From Pyrinomonadaceae bacterium (lineage in GTDB: Bacteria; Acidobacteriota; Blastocatellia; Pyrinomonadales; Pyrinomonadaceae), in the NCBI GenBank assembly GCA_046313635.1, contig JBKBYA010000001.1:895481-959480 (forward strand): 64,000 bases of DNA, read 5' to 3'. The position numbers and the translations under genes are program-made. The notes beneath the pieces are model-generated. The model made no database searches, was not told the origin of the DNA, and was given only the letters and a program-made list of their open reading frames with translations. Of this stretch, positions 25,479-35,133 are shown piece after piece (positions within the stretch are counted from its first letter, which is position 1; each line of letters opens with the position of its first letter).

Positions 25479-26996
25479 ATGAACTGCACAACGATCTCGC
25501 TCCGAACCGTTAGGCCGTCATTGGCCGGAGCTGCACTTATCATTCTCTTTTTATTTTTCGGCTCGACGCTGTCGGCGCAGACCGCCGGGACGGCGGCGGA
25601 TCGGCGAGAGCCGGCCGCCGGCGAAACCGAGGACCGCATCAGGCAGCTTGAAGCGCAGGTGCGGGCGATGCAGGCCGAGCTCGAGCGCATAAAACAAGGG
25701 CTCAGCGCGCAAGTGCCGGCGCAGACCGCACGCGACAACGATCAGGTCGCCGGCGCCGCTTCGACAAAGGCCGAGGTCGCACAGCCCGCGGCCGCTAAAG
25801 CGGAGACCGCACCACGAACTCAGCAAAAACAGATCGGTCTCGAGCTCGCGAGCGGCGCCCGGTTGATCCCTTACGGCACGATCTATTTCAACGCGTTCAG
25901 CAACAGCAACGCCGTAAATAATCAGGACGTCCCGCTGTTTGCCGTCCCGACCGGCCAGGGCGGCACGAGCGCGAGCCTCAGACAGACGCGCCTCGGTCTG
26001 CGGCTCGAGGGTGCGAAGCTCGGCAGCGCGCGGCTGGGCGGCGTGATCGAGGCAGACTTCTTCGGCGGGCTGCCGAGCGTCGGCATCGGCGAGAACTTCG
26101 GCATCGTCCGCATCCGTCTCGCCCACGCAAGACTCGACTGGGAAAAGACGTCGGTCACCGTCGGCCAGGACTGGATGCCCTTTGCACCGCTGAATCCGGT
26201 CTCGATCGCGTCGGCCGCGATCCCGCAGATGGCCGCGGCCGGCAACAACTGGGCGCGTATCCCGCTCGTGCGAGTCGACCGCAAATTGAACGCCGGATTC
26301 ACACTGACCGGCGCGGTACTCGCACCGCAGACCGGCGATCACCCTGCGTCCTCGTTCTTCCTGCAGACGACGTCGGGCTCGGCGTCGCGCGTGCCCTTCC
26401 TGCAGTCGCGCGTCGCGTTTGCCGACAAGAATTGGCTCGGCACAAAGAAGTCCGGCAGCATCGGACTGTCGGGCCACTTTGGGAGGTCGCGCGTGCTCAC
26501 CGGGCCATCGAACGCCAAGCGCGAGGTCGACTCCGTCGGGGTCGCTCTGGACTGGAGCTTCCCGCTCCACGCGAGATTGACGTGGGCAGGCGAGGCCTTC
26601 TTCGGCAGGGATCTCGGCGGATTTCAGGCCGGGATCTTTCAGGGGCTGAACACGGACTTTGCGTATCGCAGCGGCACCTCGGTCACTGCCGCCGGTGTCA
26701 GAGGGATCGGCACGCGCGGCGGCTGGACGCAGATCGGTCTTACGCCGGACGTGATGGACGATCGATGGACGCTGTACGCCTCGATCGGGCTGGACGATCC
26801 TCGAGACAGAGATCTCACGAGCGTCTCGAATATCAACTTTCGCACGCGCAATCTGGCGTTCGCGTTCAACACGATCTACAAGTTCACGCCGCAGTTCTGG
26901 CTCGGTGCGGAGTATCGCCGATTCAACACGCGCTACGTGAATACGGGCCGCCGCGTAAGCGACCACGTGAACCTCGGCGCGACGTACTCGTTCTAG
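25479..26996 (+). CDS. Outer-membrane porin (DcaP-like) with N-terminal coiled coil
   Basis: Signal peptide, RIRQLEAQVRAMQAELERIK coil, RQTRLG, IEADFFGG, VGQDW, amphipathic strands, C-terminal YSF. Confidence 0.85.
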   Translation: MNCTTISLRTVRPSLAGAALIILFLFFGSTLSAQTAGTAADRREPAAGETEDRIRQLEAQVRAMQAELERIKQGLSAQVPAQTARDNDQVAGAASTKAEVAQPAAAKAETAPRTQQKQIGLELASGARLIPYGTIYFNAFSNSNAVNNQDVPLFAVPTGQGGTSASLRQTRLGLRLEGAKLGSARLGGVIEADFFGGLPSVGIGENFGIVRIRLAHARLDWEKTSVTVGQDWMPFAPLNPVSIASAAIPQMAAAGNNWARIPLVRVDRKLNAGFTLTGAVLAPQTGDHPASSFFLQTTSGSASRVPFLQSRVAFADKNWLGTKKSGSIGLSGHFGRSRVLTGPSNAKREVDSVGVALDWSFPLHARLTWAGEAFFGRDLGGFQAGIFQGLNTDFAYRSGTSVTAAGVRGIGTRGGWTQIGLTPDVMDDRWTLYASIGLDDPRDRDLTSVSNINFRTRNLAFAFNTIYKFTPQFWLGAEYRRFNTRYVNTGRRVSDHVNLGATYSF

Positions 26997-27106
26997 CGGG
27001 CGGTGAACGGCCTGATCGCCGGCCGAGCGCCGCATGACGCCCGTTCGGTCGGCGATGATCGCGGCAGAGCTTTAACTTTCGCGAGTGTTCTGCATTGGCT
27101 GCAGCG

Positions 27107-27135
27107 TTGAAGACGCGTCTTACGGCCGGTAGTAT
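27107..27135 (+). promoter_or_regulatory. Sigma-70 promoter of the Crp/Fnr gene (leaderless)
   Basis: TTGAAG-N17-TAGTAT, with GTG start 7 nt downstream. Confidence 0.65.
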
Positions 27136-27142
27136 TCGAGGT

Positions 27143-27838
27143 GTGAGCGGCATCGACAAGATCGACACATTGCGGCAGACCGAGCTGTTCCGCGAGCTGG
27201 ACGACGCGGCCCTCGAGTCGCTCGCCGCGCACGCCGTCGAGAAGAAACTGGCCAAGGACGAACTGCTTTTTATCGCCGGCGAACGGGCGCGCGGGCTCTT
27301 CGTGATAGCAGAGGGCTCGGTCCGCGCGTTTCGCACCGGAGCCGATGGACGAGAACAGATCATCCACGTCGAGCGTGCCGTGACCACGATCGCGGAGGTT
27401 CCGGTCTTTGACGACGGCGATCATCCGTCGACGGCCGCCGCCGAAGAGCCGAGCGTCGTGCTTTTTATCCGCGCGGCCGACATCCGCTCCGTTTCGATCA
27501 GGCATCCCCAGCTCGCGCTCTCGGCCGCAAAGCTCTTGGCCGGGCGGCTGCGAAAGTGCGCCGAGCTGGTCGAGGCGCTCTCGCTCAGAGAGGTCGGCCA
27601 GCGCGTGGCGATGCAGTTCCTGGCCGAGGCCGCCTCGCGCGGCGTCGAGACCCCGCGCGGCATCTGCTTTGATCTCAAGATCACGCACAATCAGCTCGCC
27701 GCACGCATCGGCACCGTCCGCGAGGTGGTCACGCGTGCCGTCACGCGGCTCCAGGCCCAGGGCCTCGTCGTCGTCGACGGCAGACGTGTCACGATCCCCG
27801 ACGCATCTGCACTGCGCGACTACGTCGATCAGGGCTGA
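27143..27838 (+). CDS. Crp/Fnr family transcriptional regulator (Dnr/HcpR-like, no Fe-S Cys cluster)
   Basis: LFIAGE, EGSVR, GREQII, AEVPVFD, HTH ITHNQLAARIGTVREVVTRA. Confidence 0.93.
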   Translation: MSGIDKIDTLRQTELFRELDDAALESLAAHAVEKKLAKDELLFIAGERARGLFVIAEGSVRAFRTGADGREQIIHVERAVTTIAEVPVFDDGDHPSTAAAEEPSVVLFIRAADIRSVSIRHPQLALSAAKLLAGRLRKCAELVEALSLREVGQRVAMQFLAEAASRGVETPRGICFDLKITHNQLAARIGTVREVVTRAVTRLQAQGLVVVDGRRVTIPDASALRDYVDQG

Positions 27839-27995
27839 GTCGGCCGCCGGACCGGGCAAACTATTGTTAACCCGCCGAGTTTTATCTATCCTATACAAGC
27901 GCCGCCGCACAGGATCCCCAGTATCCGGCGGTGCTGTCGACTCTCTGAGCCCACTGTTTTTTGCCCGTGCGAACTTTTGTTCGATAGGAGGCGAG

Positions 27996-28370
27996 ATGGC
28001 AAAGACGGTCCTGGTTGTAGAAGATTTTGACGACGTGCGTAATGCGATGAAGTTCCTCGTGCAGCTCGGCGGGCACGAGGTGATCGAGGCCGCCGACGGG
28101 CGACAGGCGGTCGAGAGGGCATCGCAGCACCTGCCCGATCTCATCCTCATGGACCTTGCGATGCCGGTCTATGACGGCATCGAAGCGACGCGAGAGCTCC
28201 GTTCAGATCCCAAGACCTCAAAGATCCCGATCGTCGCCGTCACGTCTTACGGCCAGCAGTATCGCGAGCAGGCCCTTGCCGCCGGCTGCGACGAGGTGTA
28301 CGACAAGCCTCAATTGATGTCCGACCTGTCGATCGTGAACGATCTCGTCTCTAAATACGCTTCGGCATAG
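27996..28370 (+). CDS. Single-domain response regulator
   Basis: RBS AGGAGG; VLVVED, PDLILMDLAMP, AVT, KP. Confidence 0.92.
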   Translation: MAKTVLVVEDFDDVRNAMKFLVQLGGHEVIEAADGRQAVERASQHLPDLILMDLAMPVYDGIEATRELRSDPKTSKIPIVAVTSYGQQYREQALAAGCDEVYDKPQLMSDLSIVNDLVSKYASA

Positions 28371-28443
28371 CGTGGCGATATCGATGCATTGGCAGCCGGT
28401 CGACCCGACAGTGCCGGTCGTCGCACGTTATCCTTGACGTGAT

Positions 28444-28920
28444 CTACTTCATTCGCGTCTGCAGCATCCGGTTGACGAAGGGATACGCGCCGCCGAGCAC
28501 CAGCCCGTAGACGATCTGCGACGCAAGCAGCCCCATCGCCGCCTTGCCCGTCGCAAGCGGCTGGCCCGCGAGCGTCTGCCAGAGGGCCACCGGACCGACC
28601 ATCCAGATCAGAAAGCCGTAGCTGATACCAAAGAGCCATCCGCCGCGCGCGTCGTTGGCCGACCTGCGAAAGATCGCAGCATAGAGCACCCCGCCGAGCA
28701 CGAGCAGAGCGGCGTCGACCGCGATCGTCTGCCAGAGTTCGAGCTTGAGGCCGTTAGCTTCGGTCGCGAGCGCGTTGCTCCAGCCGCGGAGCAGCAGCGA
28801 CGGGACGGCTGCGAGCGCTCCACCGATCGCCCCGGTCAGGAGCGGGCGATGCGTCGGCCCCGGCGTGTCGCCGTGAGCACGCATATACTGCATCGCCGAG
28901 ACGTCTGATCTGCCTTTCAT
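28444..28920 (-). CDS. Four-TM membrane protein
   Basis: LLTGAIGGALAAVP...GWLFGISYGFLIW...IVYGLVLG; ATGA-coupled to the GH1 gene. Confidence 0.75.
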   Translation of the reverse strand: MKGRSDVSAMQYMRAHGDTPGPTHRPLLTGAIGGALAAVPSLLLRGWSNALATEANGLKLELWQTIAVDAALLVLGGVLYAAIFRRSANDARGGWLFGISYGFLIWMVGPVALWQTLAGQPLATGKAAMGLLASQIVYGLVLGGAYPFVNRMLQTRMK

Positions 28921-30125
28921 GATGCGCTCCCCAGGGCGGCCGACTCTTCGTCGGTGAGCGGCAGCTTGCCGTCGTACATCCTGATCAGGTGCTTGTAGGC
29001 CTGGGCGACGGCGCGCGGCTCGCGATTGAGGTCGTACAGGCCGACCGGAAAGACGTTGCCGAGCGCACGCGTTAGACCGATGTTCCAATCGACCTGGTCC
29101 TGCAGGCTGTACCAGGTAAAGCCGACGACCGGCACGCCGCTGCGGCGGATCAGCTCGACGTTGTGCCATTGGCGAAGGAGCCAGTTTGGGGCCTCGCCGG
29201 CATCGGGCGTGTTGGTCTCGGTGTGCATCACGGGGCGTTTGTAGCGATCGTAGTACTGGCTCGTCACGACGTACCAGCCAAACAATTCGCCCAGCATCTC
29301 GGGCCTGCCGTCGCTGTTTATGACCTTCTCATTCCACTCGTAATAGTCGACGCCGAGTATCGAGCGGTCGCGTACGTTCTGCGACATGAACCACTCGTAC
29401 TCGTCGGCCGGCATCCCGTTGTCAGACAGGTAGCCGCGTACCGCGTCGCTCACCGGACGGCCGTAGAGCAGGTCGAGCGCGATAAAGCGGCGTTCGTTCT
29501 CAAAGTCCGCGATGCGCCGGATCTCTTCGGTCGGGCAGCACGCCTGGTAGAACTCGCTCGATTCGCTATTGACGAACACGGCGTCCGGGTTGATGCGTGA
29601 GATCGCCTGCATCATCAGCACGCTAGCGCGCGCGACATTGCGGAGCGCCGTGACAAATGCCCTCTCGTCGCGGAGCTGCTCATTCCATGCGCCCTCGAGA
29701 GCGCTCATACGGCTCGTGACGTACATTTCGTTGACTGGCGTGAAGAACCTGATCCACGGGTAACGCTCCGCGAAGCGCGAGGCAAACCAGGCGAGACATT
29801 CCGGAAGCTCCGGAGCCTGAAAGTCGCCGAGCCAGTCCGGCACGCCGAAATGCACCAGATCGACGATCGGGACGATGCCGAGCCGCCGCATCTCGGCGCA
29901 CACCGAGTCAGGGAACGACCAGTCGATCCGCTCGCGGTCGTAGTAGACCAGGTGCAGCGGAAAGCCGTAGCGCAGATACGCGAGCTCGAGCTCGCGGACG
30001 AGTTCGAGATCGCGGCGCCACCAGCGGTAATGATCGGTCTCGTGGAGCTGGTCGCGGCGCCATCGACCGTGATCGATCGTCGGGCAGCTGCATTCGATGC
30101 CGGTGGCAAAGATGAACTCAGACAT
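28917..30125 (-). CDS. Glycoside hydrolase family 1-like protein
   Basis: FATGIECS, LRYG, VDLVHFGVPDW, acid/base TPVNEM, GVDYY, nucleophile HTETN, GFTWYSL.DQ.DW. Confidence 0.9.
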   Translation of the reverse strand: MSEFIFATGIECSCPTIDHGRWRRDQLHETDHYRWWRRDLELVRELELAYLRYGFPLHLVYYDRERIDWSFPDSVCAEMRRLGIVPIVDLVHFGVPDWLGDFQAPELPECLAWFASRFAERYPWIRFFTPVNEMYVTSRMSALEGAWNEQLRDERAFVTALRNVARASVLMMQAISRINPDAVFVNSESSEFYQACCPTEEIRRIADFENERRFIALDLLYGRPVSDAVRGYLSDNGMPADEYEWFMSQNVRDRSILGVDYYEWNEKVINSDGRPEMLGELFGWYVVTSQYYDRYKRPVMHTETNTPDAGEAPNWLLRQWHNVELIRRSGVPVVGFTWYSLQDQVDWNIGLTRALGNVFPVGLYDLNREPRAVAQAYKHLIRMYDGKLPLTDEESAALGSAS

Positions 30126-30621
30126 TGAACCGGACCCTCCGCCCGACCGGGTATCCGACCGGCCGCGTGTACAGCGAGCCGAGCACCGCGCCGTAGATCA
30201 GATGCCCCAGCACGATCGTCAACGGTCCCCAGACACCCAGGCCCGATGCAAAGAGGCCGAGGCGGCCGGCGACCTCCGGCTGCATAAGCTCGAGCTGCGG
30301 CACCATCACCGAGCCGGCGAGCATGGCCGGCAGCAGCGAAAAAATGATGCCCTGCAGCACCGGACGAAGCTCGACCGCCGACCAGAAAAAATATGCGTAA
30401 AAGATCGCCCAGATCGCGCCCACCGCGGCGTGCATCGCGAGGCCGGCGGTCCACCATTGCCAGAACGGAGCATCCGCGCCCAAGGCCGTCATTCCGAGAA
30501 TGCGGACAATGTCGAACAACTCGACGCCGGCCGCCGCCAGCGGCCGAGCCGCCGCCTCCCACGCCGCGGCCCCCGCCACGCCGGCGAGGACAGCTCTCTT
30601 AAAAGCCACGCGTCTGATCAT
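30118..30621 (-). CDS. Four-TM membrane protein (DUF6789-like)
   Basis: RAVLAGVAG, GLAMHAAVGAIWAIFY, LGHLIYGAVLG (two membrane His). Confidence 0.8.
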   Translation of the reverse strand: MIRRVAFKRAVLAGVAGAAAWEAAARPLAAAGVELFDIVRILGMTALGADAPFWQWWTAGLAMHAAVGAIWAIFYAYFFWSAVELRPVLQGIIFSLLPAMLAGSVMVPQLELMQPEVAGRLGLFASGLGVWGPLTIVLGHLIYGAVLGSLYTRPVGYPVGRRVRFNV

Positions 30622-30736
30622 CGCAAATCGACCGCGGATGCAATGGGCCCGTCGTCTCGCTCTTATTCTCAAAAATCAAAGATAGCGGACGGCAAGTCAA
30701 GAAAATTCTTGACCTGGTCTGAGCCGGAAAAGAAGA

Positions 30737-32185
30737 ATGGACCTATCGGGAAACGACAATTTTAAGAGCGGCAACAGGGCCTCATCACGAACATCGATGG
30801 TCAAACAGCAGCCAGCACCCTCTCGCGTCGCGATCGCGCATACCGCCGAAAAGCATCGCTCGCCTGAACGCGTACTCGAGGTCACGAGTGAGGCTGTCGA
30901 GCTGCTGGGCGGAATGTCGCGCTTCGTCAGGCCGGGCGACACGGTCTTGCTGAAACCTAACCTGACGGTCTTTTACTCCGCCGAAGAAGGCTGCACCACC
31001 GACCCGCTCGTCGTAGGAGCTCTAATCCGGCTCGTGAGAGAGGCCGGCGCGGCGAGGGTGATCGTCGGCGAGTCGAGCGGCGAATTCTTTTCGTCGATCG
31101 AGTGCATGCAGATCACAGGCGTGGCCGCCGTTGCCGAGAAGGAGGGAGCCGAGCTCTGCGATCTCGGCAGCGGCGATACGCCGAGCCGCGCCGTGACGCT
31201 CGCCAACGGCGAGACCGTGCCGCGCCCGGCGCCGCTGCTCGATGCGGACGTCGTGATCAACATTCCAAAGGCCAAGACCCATCACTATGAGCCCATCTCA
31301 GGAGCGCTCAAGAACTGGATGGGCACCTGCAATCAAAAGTGGCGGCAGCATCACCACGGCGACGACGATTCGATCGCGCGATTCGTCGCGATAATGGCGC
31401 ACCGCAGGCCCGAACTGAACGTCGTCGACGCTCTGATCGCCGGCGAGGGCGACGGGCCGATCGCGAACCAGCCCCATTGGTGCGGATGCATTCTCGCTTC
31501 GGAGGACCCGGTCGCGATCGACGTCTCGATCGCGCGGCTTCTCGGTCAGGACGGCCCGGGCGTCGAGCTCAAGTACGCTGCAGAAGGGGAACGCCAGGGG
31601 CTCGGCACACGCACGAACATCGAGTACGTCGGACGCCCGATCGACGACGTCAGGATCGACGCATGGCGAGGGCATCGCGGCTTCGAATACCTGCCGATCA
31701 ACTTCATCGTCGGCGACGACGTCACGCTCGCCGGCACCGTCGGTCATGTCAAAAGCGCGATCGACTCGATGCTGCGGCGCGGTGAGCTCGCCGATCTGAT
31801 CTGGCTCAAAGGTACGCCGACGATAATGATCGGCAATGTCGAGGACCCAAACTTTGAGCGGCATCTCGACGAGGGGCCGTACATCGTATTCGACGACTCG
31901 GCCAGGGCCGAATACAAGGATGATCCGCGGGTGCATTTTGTCGGCGGCCACCCCGTACTTCGCGACGCTATGACGGGACTGCTTAGAGGATTCGGCGTCG
32001 CGGGCAACGTCGGCGGGCAGATGGTAATGAAATACCAGCAGTTTCGGCGACGGGGCCAGCACGACCTGGAGTACGGCACGCCGCTGCGCAAGGCAAAGAC
32101 GCTGGCGCGGCCGCTCGGTCTGCTTGGGCTTGTCACGGTCGCGATCGCGGGAGCATACCTGCTTGGACGCAAGAACGATGGGTAA
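30737..32185 (+). CDS. DUF362 domain protein with C-terminal extension and TM anchor
   Basis: LGGMSRFVRPGDTVLLKPN, TTDP, INIPKAKTH, GALKNWMG, GEGDGP, DPVAID; start may instead be 30797. Confidence 0.88.
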   Translation: MDLSGNDNFKSGNRASSRTSMVKQQPAPSRVAIAHTAEKHRSPERVLEVTSEAVELLGGMSRFVRPGDTVLLKPNLTVFYSAEEGCTTDPLVVGALIRLVREAGAARVIVGESSGEFFSSIECMQITGVAAVAEKEGAELCDLGSGDTPSRAVTLANGETVPRPAPLLDADVVINIPKAKTHHYEPISGALKNWMGTCNQKWRQHHHGDDDSIARFVAIMAHRRPELNVVDALIAGEGDGPIANQPHWCGCILASEDPVAIDVSIARLLGQDGPGVELKYAAEGERQGLGTRTNIEYVGRPIDDVRIDAWRGHRGFEYLPINFIVGDDVTLAGTVGHVKSAIDSMLRRGELADLIWLKGTPTIMIGNVEDPNFERHLDEGPYIVFDDSARAEYKDDPRVHFVGGHPVLRDAMTGLLRGFGVAGNVGGQMVMKYQQFRRRGQHDLEYGTPLRKAKTLARPLGLLGLVTVAIAGAYLLGRKNDG

Positions 32186-32221
32186 TAACCAAAGCAAGTT
32201 GATCTCGCGGCCGCCGAACAC

Positions 32222-32256
32222 AAAAAGGAGGCTGCCCTCTTCAGACAGCCTCTTCT
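32222..32256. terminator. Bidirectional terminator
   Basis: AAAAAGGAGGCTGCCCTCTTCAGACAGCCTCTTCT between convergent genes. Confidence 0.7.
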
Positions 32257-32291
32257 TGTTTGATCCTATTGTTTGAAAATCGTACGCGAGC

Positions 32292-32456
32292 CTAACGGCT
32301 AACGCTCGGAGCCTTGATCTCGACGTCGACATTCTTGCTTCCGCCCCACGGCATCCCGCCGGCAAAGAAGATCGCCGCGAAGATCGCGACAATTACTATC
32401 AACGCTATCGCCCACACAAAATTGGCCGGGCCCGAGCCGCTACCATCATCTGCCAT
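32292..32456 (-). CDS. Small single-TM protein (54 aa; not in ORF track)
   Basis: MADDGSGSGPANFVWAIALIVIVAIFAAIFFAGGMPWGGSKNVDVEIKAPSVSR; RBS GGGAGG and sigma-54 box upstream, terminator downstream. Confidence 0.85.
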   Translation of the reverse strand: MADDGSGSGPANFVWAIALIVIVAIFAAIFFAGGMPWGGSKNVDVEIKAPSVSR

Positions 32457-32510
32457 ATTTGTACTTGCCTCCCTTATTCGATAGTTCGAATTTTATTCAC
32501 CGCGTTCGAG

Positions 32511-32526
32511 AGCAAGCACGGTGCCA
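32511..32526 (-). promoter_or_regulatory. Sigma-54 promoter
   Basis: Minus strand TGGCACCGTGCTTGCT, consensus TGGCAC-N5-TTGC. Confidence 0.8.
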
Positions 32527-32551
32527 CGCTGGAGGCGAGTGGACAGCGGAA

Positions 32552-32600
32552 ATCGAATAGTGAATAGTGAATCGTGAATGGTGAAAGGGGAGCAAAGGTG
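32552..32600 (+). repeat. Heptamer tandem array
   Basis: GAATAGT GAATAGT GAATCGT GAATGGT GAAAGGG. Confidence 0.7.
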
Positions 32601-32692
32601 AAAAAGCGGTTTCGGGTGAGTCGCCGCGCCGCCATTCGATAGCCCGCCCTGCGTCTCCGGTTCACGTTCGGTCTTCAATTTTTCGACAGTCT

Positions 32693-34522
32693 ATGAAACT
32701 TCGATTCGGGATCATCGCCGGGATCTTTCTCGCCGTGTTTTCGCTGTATCCGCAGATGAAGCTCATCTACGTCCGCGGCGGCGAATGGCAGGGCAATTAC
32801 GCGTACAACGACATCGACGAGGTCGCATATGCGTCCTACGTAAAAGCGCTGATCGACGGCCGGCCGCGCAGGAACGACCCGTACACCGGCCGCGACCATT
32901 CGCCGGAGCATCCGCAGCCGGAATCGCTCTTTTCGATCCAGTTCGCCGCGCCTTACACGCTCGCCCTGCCGGCGCGCTTTTTCGGCATTTCGGCGCCGTG
33001 GGCGATGACGATCGCCGGAGCGGTCGCGGCATTCCTTGCGGCGGTGGCGGTATTTTGGCTTTTGTTCCAGCTAACGGGCAGCAACTGGTATGCGATGGCG
33101 GGCAGTCTCGTGACGCTTGCGGGCGGGGCCGTCTTTGCAGGCGAAGGCGCGGCGAGCGAGATCTTTTTTGACGGGTTCTCCTATCCGTACTTTCCCGGCT
33201 TTCGGCGATACATTCCGGCGGTGGCGATGCCGGTATTCTTCGCATTCGTCGGCGCGGTCTGGAAGCTGCTGCCGCGGGCCGGCGACGAAGGCCGCGAGCG
33301 CCGGCCGTGGCCGACGATAGCGGCAGCGGCCGTGATGTTCGGCTACGTTGTCTTTTCGTACTTTTACATCTGGACCACGGCGGCGGCGTGGCTGGCGTGT
33401 CTCTCTTTGTTGTTGCTTGCGGTAAGACCCGACGGGTATCGGCAGTGGCTGCGGTCGATACTGCTGGCCGCCGCCGCTATGTCGAGCTTTTTGATCGCGT
33501 ACGCCTTGCTGCTCGCGGCGCGTTCGCACACGATGGACGACGTGCAGCTCCTCGTCAGGACGCACGCTCCCGACCTCGCGCGCGTTCCCGAATACGTCGC
33601 GTTCTTCGTGCTGCTGATGATTGCGGCAGGTGTCGCGACGCGCAGGATCGAGCTTCGCGACCGCGCGACCGTTTTTGTTGCTTCGCTCGCGCTGGCGGTC
33701 TTTGCGGTCTTTAACCAGCAGGTCGTGACCGGGCACTCGCTGCAGCCGATCCACTATCAGGTCTTTATTGGGAACTACGTCGCCGGCCTCGCGCTGGTCG
33801 CGGCGACCGGCCTTCTGCTGCGAGATGCCCGATTCGCGAAGCTGCGGGCGGCGAATCTTGCGTTCGCCGGGTTGGCGGCGGTCGCGGTGACGTGGGGCTT
33901 TATCGAATGTCACTACACCGTGCGAGTTTTGGACGACGTGAATTTGCTCCGCGACCAGCAGATGCCGCTCGCCCGGCGTCTGACCGAACTCGCGGCACAC
34001 GACGCGGCGCCGCATCGATCGGTCGTTTATCATCTCGGCGTCGCCGAAGCTGACGATCTGCCGACTATCGCGCCGCAGGCCACGCTTTGGGCGCGTCACC
34101 AGCATGTCTTTGCCGGCGTCACATGGCAGGAGAACAAGGAGCGTTATTACCAGTACCTCTACTTCCAGGGCGTCAGCGAAGAGCAGCTTGCGTCGTCGAT
34201 GAAGAGCGGCGATTTTGTTTCGATGATCGCTCTCTTCGGATGGGGAAGGCATACCGATCGGCTGAATTCCGAATTCAGGCCCCTGACCTATGGTGAGATC
34301 GACGAGGAGGCGAGAAGCTACGGCCGCTATATCGCCGCGTTTGATCCGCTCGATTCTCCGGAGACGATCATCTCGTACGTGGTCGTACCCGACTACACCG
34401 ACGTCGACCTCAGAAATCTCGACCATTGGTACGAGAGGGACGAGGGCGAAAGGCTCGGCCCCTTTACTCTCTACAAGGTGCGCCTGCGGGGCGCAGAGCC
34501 GAGCGGGCGGGATGACCTTTAA
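32693..34522 (+). CDS. Polytopic membrane protein, possibly GT-C-fold glycosyltransferase-like
   Basis: About 11-13 TM segments; DE motif (DIDEVAY) after TM1; soluble C-terminal domain. Confidence 0.75.
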   Translation: MKLRFGIIAGIFLAVFSLYPQMKLIYVRGGEWQGNYAYNDIDEVAYASYVKALIDGRPRRNDPYTGRDHSPEHPQPESLFSIQFAAPYTLALPARFFGISAPWAMTIAGAVAAFLAAVAVFWLLFQLTGSNWYAMAGSLVTLAGGAVFAGEGAASEIFFDGFSYPYFPGFRRYIPAVAMPVFFAFVGAVWKLLPRAGDEGRERRPWPTIAAAAVMFGYVVFSYFYIWTTAAAWLACLSLLLLAVRPDGYRQWLRSILLAAAAMSSFLIAYALLLAARSHTMDDVQLLVRTHAPDLARVPEYVAFFVLLMIAAGVATRRIELRDRATVFVASLALAVFAVFNQQVVTGHSLQPIHYQVFIGNYVAGLALVAATGLLLRDARFAKLRAANLAFAGLAAVAVTWGFIECHYTVRVLDDVNLLRDQQMPLARRLTELAAHDAAPHRSVVYHLGVAEADDLPTIAPQATLWARHQHVFAGVTWQENKERYYQYLYFQGVSEEQLASSMKSGDFVSMIALFGWGRHTDRLNSEFRPLTYGEIDEEARSYGRYIAAFDPLDSPETIISYVVVPDYTDVDLRNLDHWYERDEGERLGPFTLYKVRLRGAEPSGRDDL

Positions 34523-34551
34523 AAGAAAAATGGCCGCCAACTGGAGCGGCC
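34521..34551 (-). terminator. Rho-independent terminator
   Basis: Minus strand GGCCGCTCCAGTTGGCGGCC-ATTTTTCTTTT. Confidence 0.7.
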
Positions 34552-34574
34552 CTACGTATTGCTAAATATTAAAA

Positions 34575-34823
34575 CTAAGCAGCAAGAAGGTCATTAGACG
34601 TCTCGGCAAAGACCCGACGGCCGTTGATGGCATCGTCGATGATCTCGCGAACGGCCGAAGCGTCAGGATTCACATCCATTCGAGCACAGGCTCGGAGATG
34701 TCGGATGATGCCCTCGGACGCGATCTCCAGGGTCTCACCGGTCAATTTTGTCAATCGGCGAGCCTGGATATGGTCAATCTGAAGAACTCTTTCCTGCAAG
34801 GTAATTGGTCTAGCTGCTGCCAC
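34575..34823 (-). CDS. Small hypothetical protein (about 82 aa)
   Basis: RBS AAGGAG then GTG 34823: AAARPITLQERVLQIDHIQARRL...AVREIIDDAINGRRVFAE; terminator downstream. Confidence 0.7.
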   Translation of the reverse strand: MAAARPITLQERVLQIDHIQARRLTKLTGETLEIASEGIIRHLRACARMDVNPDASAVREIIDDAINGRRVFAETSNDLLAA

Positions 34824-35133
34824 TTTCTCTTCTCCTTCGTGTGTTTTTACCTCCCCGTGGCTCGATGCGTACATATCAACTCCAAAAGCATGGTACTACT
34901 GCAAAAACCCCCTGATAGTGGAGCTTTCCGCTCAAAGCTTAGTTGATAAATCCAACCTCAAAGTTGCTGAATATGGGCGCGGAACGTCGGTAAAACCCTG
35001 CTTTTGTAACAGGATAATAACAAATGAAACAGGGGTTGTCACTAAGTTTTTTCGCGGGAGAATAGACAAAGTCAAGGCCGGCGGAAACTAAATACCGCCG
35101 GCCGCAAAATTGTTCGGGAATCGATGAGACAGT

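Noticed and set aside
25551..27035. Long antisense or alternate-frame ORFs (also 384-1280, 4361-5599, 33071-34540, 50129-51517, 56182-58398)
   Set aside because: They shadow well-supported genes, are R/A/G-rich without motifs, and are expected in high-GC DNA.
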